From the NCBI RefSeq assembly GCF_009914755.1, contig NC_060925.1: a stretch of DNA of 64,000 nucleotides, one strand, 5' to 3'. The notes under the pieces were generated by a model that saw only the letters and a program-made list of their open reading frames with translations, ran no database searches and was not told the origin of the DNA. The stretch comes from the human T2T-CHM13v2.0 reference genome, Homo sapiens. How positions within the stretch are numbered: position 1 is the first letter of the stretch; each line of letters begins with the position of its first letter. The position numbers and the translations under genes were made by a program. Shown in pieces: positions 53,340 through 64,000 of this stretch.

Positions 53340-53540
53340 TTACTATTGCTAACATTTATTTAGTATTTATTCTGGGTCAAGCTGCATTTTCTCATATAAT
53401 TCCCCCAACAACCCTGTGAGGTCATAGTATTATTGTTATCATTTTACAGATGATGGAACTGAGGCATGATGAAAGCCCCTCGCAAGTAAGGGAGCTGGGA
53501 TTTGCTCCCATGTTCCTAGCCACTTCAGTCTATCGCCCTT
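53340..53540 (-). mobile_element. MIR
   Basis: cattttacagatgatggaactgaggc. Confidence 0.8.
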
Positions 53541-54952
53541 CATCTATTCTACATCATAAATAACACACAAACTTTTTTGCACCAATTGTAGCTTGACTTG
53601 TAAACTCTACCTGATGTTGTTTTCTATAGTTGAATATGTCTGTTATTTTTTAAATAATATTTTATTGTAGTTATTGAATATCATTATAATGACTTTTGGG
53701 ATATACAGATTTTTATTTTTATGCAGTTAAATCTATTCTTATTTTCCTTCGTGACTTATTCCATCTTGATTTTGTGTTTAGGAAGTCTTTCCAACCCAAT
53801 AAATAGATTTTCACCTATATTTTCCTTTAGATTCTATGGTTTTATTTTAAAAGTATAACTTTTGACATCCAGAAATTATTTGATATAAGAGAACCGTTCT
53901 AAGTTTTTTGTTTTGTTTTGAAGAAAAAACAAACAAACAGTTGACTCAACACCATCCTTTCTCCACTGGTTTCCAAACCTGTTTCTGGTTTCTGTTTTTC
54001 TCCTTTGCACTACCTACTAATTTTTCTGTAATTTCACTCTGTTTTTATTTGTTTGTTGAAGTTTTTACTGTAGCTTTATGGAATATTTTAATATTTAGAA
54101 GGATGAGTCCCACCTTAGTACTCTTTATTTTTAGAAACTTGTTATCATCATGTGATATTCTTCCACATACATTTAAAAATTATTTTATCAAATCTCTGTC
54201 CTAAAATCTTAGTGGGAATGTAGTTAGAATCTAGTTTCATCTGCAACTCAGTTTGGAAGTATTTAATATCTTTACAGAATTCCTTTTTTCCATCTAGGAA
54301 CCTGTAATTTATTTCTTCTTAAATATTTTCTCTTGCATGTCTCAGGTACTGAATTTGTCCTCATGAATGTGGCATTCTTTCTTGTTCAGGTTATTTCTAT
54401 TATTTTATATGTTTGGAGGCTATTGGGAATAGATTCTTATATAAATAGTTATTATGATTTCACATTGTTTAAAACAACTGGTTATTGTTGGCATATGGAC
54501 AATGTGGACAATTTTTAAAAAGTATTTTTATTTAGTTTGTAGTTTCTTTATTGACCTCATTAATTTTAAAGTTTTTCCTTTAATCCTCCTGAGTTGTCTG
54601 TGCATAAATATATCATTTAGAATAATGGCTTTCATTGTTTACAATTTTTACATATGTTTCATTTTTATTTTATTGACTGGAACTCCCAGAATAGTGTTAA
54701 ATAACAATTATAATGGACATCCTTATTTTGTTTAAATTTTAATGGAAATGCCTACAGGTTTTCACTGTAAAACATGACAGTTCTTGTTGCTTTAGAATAG
54801 ATATTTAAGTAAATAATATGTCTATTTGTAAAAAATATTTTCTCTTTAACAACCAGCACTAGATGTTGAATTTTATTATATTATTTTTCTTTGTCTTATT
54901 ATATTTTCAAACATTAAACCATCCTTGCATTTTAAGAATAATATTTAATGAT

Positions 54953-55795
<843 letters not shown>

Positions 55796-55988
55796 GTTTA
55801 AGTAACACATTCAGTTTTCTAGAAATTTACTTATGAATTTACATCAACCTTCATAAGTAGTATTGGTTTGTAATTTTTTTCTTCCACACTATCTTCATTA
55901 GATTATTATGGTTATGCTAATGCTACAAGGAATTTGTAAGTTTTCCATCTCTTCCTGTACTGAAACAGTATATACGATGTGCAAACTA

Positions 55989-56322
<334 letters not shown>

Positions 56323-57629
56323 ATTGCAAAGACTAGTAAAATGGTTTTCACTTAGAAACTTTATTGGAATTAATTATTTTTTCAACTTTTTTTCTATTGA
56401 CAAAAGCCTATCCAGATTTACTACTTATCAAGTTAATCTTAGCTATTTATATTTTCTCAGAACATAAGTGAATTAAAAAAACTTAACTGCATATAAAATT
56501 GTCTTATCATTTAAGAGTCTCTCATATCTATAGTTATAACTCATTTCTCATTTATTTGTTTTTGTGAACTCTCTCTCTCTCTTTCTGTGGCTCTCTCTCT
56601 CTTTTTTCTGGACTTTCCAGAATTTGCCAGAACACTATAATTTTTAGTGTTTGCTTTCATTAATCTTTGCTTTTATTTTTGCTGGTTTTTTTTTGGCTTC
56701 AAAAGCTAACTTCATCTTTTAACTTCTTAAATTTAATTCAGCTTAATTATTTTATGTTACTCATGCTCTAATAAAGCAAGCACATAAATCTGCTTTTCCT
56801 ACTGATAGTTTTAGTTCTATCTTGTAAGATTTGATATGTAATCTTCTAATCATTATTATTTTTTGAATAATCTATAATCATAATTGTTCTTTTCTTTAGT
56901 CCAATAGTTATTTATGTATATGTTTTCTAATTTACAAATAAACACTTTCCTATTTTAAATTCTTGGTACTATTTTCTAGTTTATTTTAGAATAAACATTT
57001 AGAATGTGGGCTGTGTACTTTTCCTTTGTGGGATTTTATAAAAATTATAATTTTGTTCTATTACACCATTAACTTCCAAAAATACTCCAGAGATGTTTGA
57101 AAAGTATATGTACTCATGTAAGTGTAAAACTTAAATTACAACAATTAGACTAAAAATCATTAACTAAATCTGTTTTATTTTAGTCCTACTTGATTTATCA
57201 AGGAATGAAAACACTGTTTGAAGACTCCAATTGTGTATATACCTATTTCTGCCAGTACATTGAAGAGCTATGTAGTTTAATACTAGTTTCTAAGTACATA
57301 ATGGTTTCTACCTCTTATACTTTTATTGTGAAGTCTAACTTTTTTGGCATTCTAAATTTACATTCCTTGTTTTATCTAGTGAATTTTGCCTACACTTTGC
57401 CTTTTTATTTACCTAAGCCTTTTTACCATATTTTTATTTACATAAACCTGGTAGATCTTTGCTAATCTTTTCACTTTTAATTTATACATATATTTTTTAA
57501 TCCAGTATATAGCTGGAGTTTTTTCTAACCTAGTTTAAGAACCTTGATCTTTTAATAAATAACTTTAATATATTTATATTCATTTTCATAACTAATATTT
57601 TTGCTTTTATTTTTTAATCTTAAAAGAGT

Positions 57630-58790
57630 TTTTTAAATTATTAAAACAAATTTTTGTGGGTACATAGTAGGTATATATATTTATGGGGTACATGAGGTGT
57701 TTTGATACAGCATGCAATGTGAAATATGCACATCAAGGGGAATGGGGTATCCATCGCCTCAGGCACTGATCCTTTGGGTTTCAAGCAATCCAATTACATT
57801 CTTTAAGTTATTAAAAAATATACAACTAAATTATTATTGACTACAGTTACCCTATTGTACTATCAAATAATAGGTCATATTTATTCTTTCTATATTTTTT
57901 TGTACCCATTACACATCTCCACCAGCCTCCCAACCCCCAACTATATTTCCCAACCTCTAGTAAGCATTCTTCTACTTTCTATGTCCATGACCTCAACTGA
58001 TTTGATTTTTAGATCCCACAAAAAAGTGAGAACATGCACTGTTTGTCTTTCTGTGCCTGGCTTATTTCACTTAGCATAATGACTTCAAGTTCCACCCATG
58101 TTGTTGGAAATGACTGGATCTCATTCTTTTTTATGGCTGAATAGTACTCCATTTTGTATAAGTACCACATTTTCTTCACCCGTTCATCTGCTGATGGACA
58201 CTTAGGTGGCTTCCAAATTCTAGCTATTGTAAACAGTGCTATAACAAACAGGAATGCAGATATCTCTTCAATGTACTGATTTCCTTTCTTTTGGTTATGT
58301 AACCAACAGTGGAATTGCTGGATTGTATGATAGCTCAATTTTTAGTTTTTTGAGGAACCTCCAAACTGTTCTACATAGTGGTTGTATTAATTTACGTTCC
58401 CACCAACAGTGTATGATGATTCCCTTTACTCCACATCATTGCCAGCGTTTGTTATTGCCTGTCTTTTGGATATAAGCCATTTTAACTGAGGTGGGTTGAT
58501 ATCTCATTGCAGTTTTGATTTGCATCTCTGATCACCAATGACGTTGAGCACCTTTCATATGCCTGTTTGCCATTTATTTGTATGTCTTCTTTTGAGAAAT
58601 GTCTATTAAAATCTTTTGCCCATTTTTGATTGGATTATCGGATTTTTTCCTATGGAGTTGTTTGAGATCCTTATATATTCTGGTGATTAATCCCTTGTTA
58701 GAGGAGGTAGTTTGCAAATATTTACTCCCATTCTATGAGTTGTCTCTTCACTGTGTTGATTGTATCCTTTGCTGTGCAGAAGCTTTTTAA
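57630..58790 (-). mobile_element. L1MA/L1PB-type 5'-truncated L1 (3' UTR plus ORF2 C-terminus)
   Basis: ORF 58009-58338 (LFTIARIWKPPKCPS...MWYLYKMEYYSAIKKNE) is the L1 ORF2p C-terminus; typical 3' UTR. Confidence 0.9.
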
Positions 58791-60985
58791 CTCATATCAT
58801 CCTTTTTAATCTTTTTTTATGCTTTCTCTGTCTCTCTGTCTCTGCTTCTTTGTGGCTGCCTTTTTTCTTTCTTTTGATATATGAACTAGGCTTTCTTTGT
58901 TCTTTTTCCTCTTATGATGATTGGAGTGTTTGTATTTACATAAAATTTTAATTAACATACATAATCCCACATTTCTCGAATCGTGCCAAGAATGAAACAA
59001 TCTCTTGACTTCTTACTTTGTTAAATAATAAAATTAGCATATATCAGCTTTTTTAAAAATTATCTGTGCTCATAAAAAATAATTTCATTTTCAGGTATTT
59101 GCCATAGGACAACCCTGAGATCTTTGCTTAATTTCAGGAGCTAGCCAATAGTGCTACAATTATAGAAAATGTAGCTAGAAAATTTTAGATCCTCAATAGC
59201 AACCCTTCCAAATGCATTATTACAGTAATAAAGCCACTGAAGCCTTGAATAGTTTAAGACTTGTTGTAGGTCCCAAAACTAGCAAGTGGCAGGATTAGAC
59301 CTAGAACTCAGATCTCCTGCCCAAACAGTACTCTTTCTACTCTATTATATATTTTATGAGCGACAGTTGAGACAGTGAACAAGCTTAAGTTTATCTGGGG
59401 TTACGGAAGATGGGGATAGACGAAGAGCCCTCTGAACATTAGAGAAAGGAATGATGGAGGAAGTCAGGAGTATTTGATTTTGAAAAGGAGATGATATGTG
59501 GCTTATGACTTCAAAGGAAATAAATATAACACAAAACACAAACTTTTCTTGCCTCCCTCTGTCACCTCAGAAGGGGTTTGGTGTTGGTGAAGAGATACTG
59601 TAATGTGATAATGAGTCTAAGAAGAGGACTTAGGTTGAGTCTATTTGGGTTATTTGGCTGGTCCTGTGCTCTGGATTTTCCTTCTGTTCACTTTTATTGA
59701 GTTTTACTAAGAAGACATCTGGTAAAATATTTTAGACTTAGGTTGATATTTAACATATAGGGCAGGCTGGTTTAAGTGAATACCCAGCCAACAAATAATA
59801 AGATAAGAAAATAACCCAAATAGCATCATATTTTATTGTTTCCTGATTGAAATCAAGATGCTGGTTAGTTATCTTTTAGTCTAAAAATGTAATTTTGGAG
59901 GAACATCAGCTCAGAAAAGCTCCAGCATAAGGAAATAGGTCAGCTTTTCTTCCAACATCAAGGATTTCCAAATTCAGCCCAGAAGACTTAATAAAATGTA
60001 CCTAAGGGAAGCAGAAGACAGTGAAACTGGAGTTCAGCTTCCATGAACATGGATACACCCTTTGATCCCTATGTTTCCTATGACCCTCTGGGCAGAGCAA
60101 TCAGGCAGCTAGTCATCTATGTAGGATTCAGTTTGTCATTAAGCTTTTTTCTTAACAGTACATAATAAACACCTGATGAAGTTTTGAGATTAGATCTCGA
60201 AGAATGCCTGATCCTTGTGATTTCTGAAGCTTATATGGGAGGGTGTCCAGGTGTTTTTAAGGACTATATTGCTCTCATCCATTTCACCCCTTTCCTCACA
60301 TGTCTTTTTCTGCCAAGGAGTTGAGTGTGGTTGTAGATTATAATTTAATAATTGTCAAACATTCTGTAGACAGAGTTGTTAGCTCCATTTTGAAAATAGC
60401 ACTTGAAAAATAATTACTGAGGTTCACACACAGAATTTCTCTTTAAATTGGCAAATGATTTTTGTGCATTTACTTGCTGGCTTGCATAATCCTTAAGTTT
60501 TAGAAATGTTGACACTGGACTGTGCCTACATAACCTTCAGCCCTTTACACATGGTATCATTGGTCCTTTGATACATACATGTTTACTATGATGGTCTGGG
60601 TGATATTCATGCTTTAATGCTTTAAAATATGACCCATTCCTTTCTGACTGGTGGCATCCCTTCTACACTGACTTCAGGTGGGTTTGACAGTGGTAAATAG
60701 CTATAACTCATTTCTTCATATAGATATATTACTGTTTTTGTCTTTGGACTCTCTTCAATACATTTTGCCCCTCATGTTCAATTTTATTACCTGTTTAGGT
60801 ATCATGTCATGATCCCAGCTCACTAAATCTATCTACTAGAATACAAGTTTGGTGTTCATGTACTGATCATGTATTTGGGCCTTATTGATCATGCTTTTTC
60901 TCGACTTTGGGTGATTCTCAAGTTGAATGTAATTATCCATACTAGGGATGCCACTAATAAGTAGGTTAATTCTACTGCTTTCTAG

Positions 60986-61345
<360 letters not shown>

Positions 61346-61769
61346 CAGCATTCCCTTTTCTACAGGAAAATAATCTGTAAATTTTTTTTTCCACCTACAC
61401 ACCGTGTAATAATATATGGCCAAGAAATGCAAACTTGGTGCGTTACAGCTCTGCCTTATCAATGAACTTACTCCATGGAACAGAGGTCGTGAGGCAGGCT
61501 TCGGTCATCCTCGTGGTTTCAGGGCATGGTTATTTTGCCAAACCCGCAAAGTGGTCTGAAGCAGTGATTACCAGGCCTAACTTCTCTCCTGAAGAAGCTG
61601 GGAAGTGTTCACAAAATATAGATCCTCCAGCTTCAACCTGATTAACCAAGTCAGATTCTGAAGGTTCCCAAAATCTGAGCTTTGAAACAGCTCTTTAAGC
61701 AACAACGATGTTGTTGGATAGTGAGAAAAACTACTGCTCTAGAGGCTCTTGAATTCTGCGTGTGCATAT

Positions 61770-62900
61770 GTGCATATGTGTCGCAGGCACTAAATAGTAA
61801 CAACTTAGAATCAGAAGATACCCTTCAAGCTCATGTCTCTCTTCATGGAAACGAAGTAGAGGTATTTGTAGGTTAAGGGACATGTCTAAGTGCACATAGC
61901 TAGTCAGTGGAGAATTGTGAAAAGCAAAGGAAAACAAAAGCCAAGTGTCCTGATTCTTAGTCCAGACTCATTTTCTCGAAATTAAGCTATCTTTGATATT
62001 TTCTTAAAGTGCTACCATTTATAAATTCAATAATTTTCCCAAGAGAGATAAGTTACATATAAGTTAAATGTCTTTTTCTCCTGAGCATTAGAGCATAAAA
62101 TAGAATTTGAAAAGCAATAGGTTAACTCAACAATACAGCCTCACCACATTAGTAGCTGACACATGTTAACTGATTATTGAAAAAGTCATTTGTGGCACAG
62201 GTTGACATAAGCTCGTGTATTGAGAGAGGCCAAATAACGGTGTGTAACTAACACCGGTTTTGGAATCATAGGCCTGGGATCAAATCCTGACTTAACTATG
62301 TGATTCTAGGCAATCCTAGGCCTCAGTTTACATATCTGTAAAATAGGTATAATATTTTCCTTTTATGGTTATTGTTAGGTTAAATGAAACATGAATACAT
62401 GAATGGTGCCTGGCACATAGTAACTACTAATAATTAATCTCTTGTGCTTATTAAATGCCAGCCACTTGACAGATTATTAAAACTCACACCAACCCCACAA
62501 GTGAGTGTTGTAATTATTCCCATCTTAAAATGAAAACTTGACACTCAGCTATGTTCAGTAACCTGCCTGGGGTCATGGAGGTATTTGGAAATTGAGACTG
62601 GAGCTCTGCCTATCTTAAATTTCTCAGATTCTCCTCTCTTATGCTGTCTTTCAATAAATGACAGCTGTCATTATTGCCCTCATCCTCACCCAGAACCCAG
62701 TATAATTCAGTGGCCAGGCACATGGCTCAGGTTTGAAGTCCAAGGAGCTGGATGTTTCTTTCCTTTCAATAAATGACAGACATGTGACCTTGAGTGGGCT
62801 CCTCAATTTCCCTATTCCTTGGTTTCCTCATTTGTAGGATGAGGAGGATAATCTAGTTTTAGGGTTGTTTTGAGGATACCTGGTAAGCTCTCAATACTTC
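61770..62900. mobile_element. Cluster of MIR elements in alternating orientations
   Basis: Minus ~61770-61980, plus ~62235-62440, minus ~62450-62630, plus ~62780-62900. Confidence 0.65.
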
Positions 62901-64000
62901 TGCTGCTTTTTATGTACTTAGTCAGTCCAACATGCTAAATAAGAATGAATTCTGGGTCTTGTCTTGCCCATGTTTTCGAAGCTTCTACTAAAAGTTTTTG
63001 TTTTTTAGCACTTTCCCTGAATCTCAGGTGTGAGTGCAGTAAAGGTGTTGGCTGAAGGGGGATGGAAACAAACGTTAATTACACCTTCAAGATTTCTCCA
63101 GTCAGAGTTTGGTCCTTCTTCTGGTAGGTGGTAAACTCTCTTCAGTTATATGGCCCTGAAAATCCTTGAAGCTCCATATATTGAAGGGATAATGGGCCAA
63201 TATGTGAACAGCATCTCACCACTCATCTTGTGATGTGCTTGGCAAACAAGCTCACAGCGACAGGGGCTCAGGATTTTCGGAATTCTATCTGCTCTGCAGA
63301 TTGGAGCCCGACTCCAAAGAGGCATTGATAGGGGGAGCTGATGCAGAGATGACTGCGTGACATGATAGCCGAGATACTGGACAATTCACTGTGTACTGTC
63401 CATTTAAATGAAAGGTTAGAGTTAAGAGCAGACACTGCCAGTGCTACCAAGGGATAATTTTTTGTATGCACGTGTGCTCATGTGTTTATATGCTTTTAGC
63501 TTTCTTTTTGATAGTAAATATAGGAAAAGACCTTTCAAAGACTATACATGCTAAGTTTCTGAGAGGGAAGAACTATCATTAAAAGCATAAAACATCACAT
63601 TATATTTGAGTTCAGTAACCTGAAGTTCAGCAAGTTTTCCACAGTCTCAGGTTTCCTAACAAGAAACAATGCACGTGTCTACTTCTGTACTTTCATAACA
63701 CTTTATTCTGTGCTACAGAATAAAGTATTTTAACACCCCTTTATCTCTCTCCTTTATGCACAGTGTGCATAAAGATGAGAACATCATGAACCAAGATGAG
63801 GCAGAACGACAGCACAGGGGTGGTTTCCATTTCAAGCTAGCTGTTTTCTGCATCCTCCCACCTCCTTCAAGAGTTGCATGCTTGATTGAATTAACTAATA
63901 CCAGTTGTGCTTTACATATTTGAGTTAAAATATATGTGTTACATGTCAACATTGTGCTAAAATGTATTACTGATTTTTTTATTAACAAGCACTGCTTTAA

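Noticed and set aside
58009-58475. ORF with real protein similarity
   Set aside because: Degenerate L1 ORF2p C-terminus, not a host gene

Overview
Primate (human-like) genomic DNA: AT-rich, CpG-depleted and dense in interspersed repeats. I see no intact protein-coding gene. The left end (about 95-5142, minus strand) holds the last two exons and poly(A) signal of an NBPF-family gene of the NBPF4/NBPF6 C-terminal type. No upstream NBPF or Olduvai (DUF1220) exons are recognisable, so it looks like a 5'-truncated pseudogene fragment typical of chr1 segmental duplications; the paralog cannot be assigned without alignment. The rest is intergenic or lncRNA-like. It contains many Alus, MIR/L2/L3, old L1s, Tigger2a, MaLR elements (including a full-length MSTA), ERV1/ERVL LTRs, a solo HERV-K LTR5A and a tailless 5S rRNA retropseudogene. 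Almost all ORFs in the track derive from repeats or chance. The most notable observations are: (1) a ~375-bp fold-back inverted repeat in the NBPF 3' UTR; (2) an LTR5A with mismatched flanks that suggests a recombination breakpoint; (3) a twin-primed, 5'-inverted Alu; (4) a chain of candidate + strand exons with a speculative 82-aa spliced micro-ORF and a CpG-retaining non-repetitive island at about 43 kb. I cannot support a wholly new biological system from sequence alone. Repeat subfamily calls are from recalled consensus sequences and boundaries are approximate unless TSDs are given.
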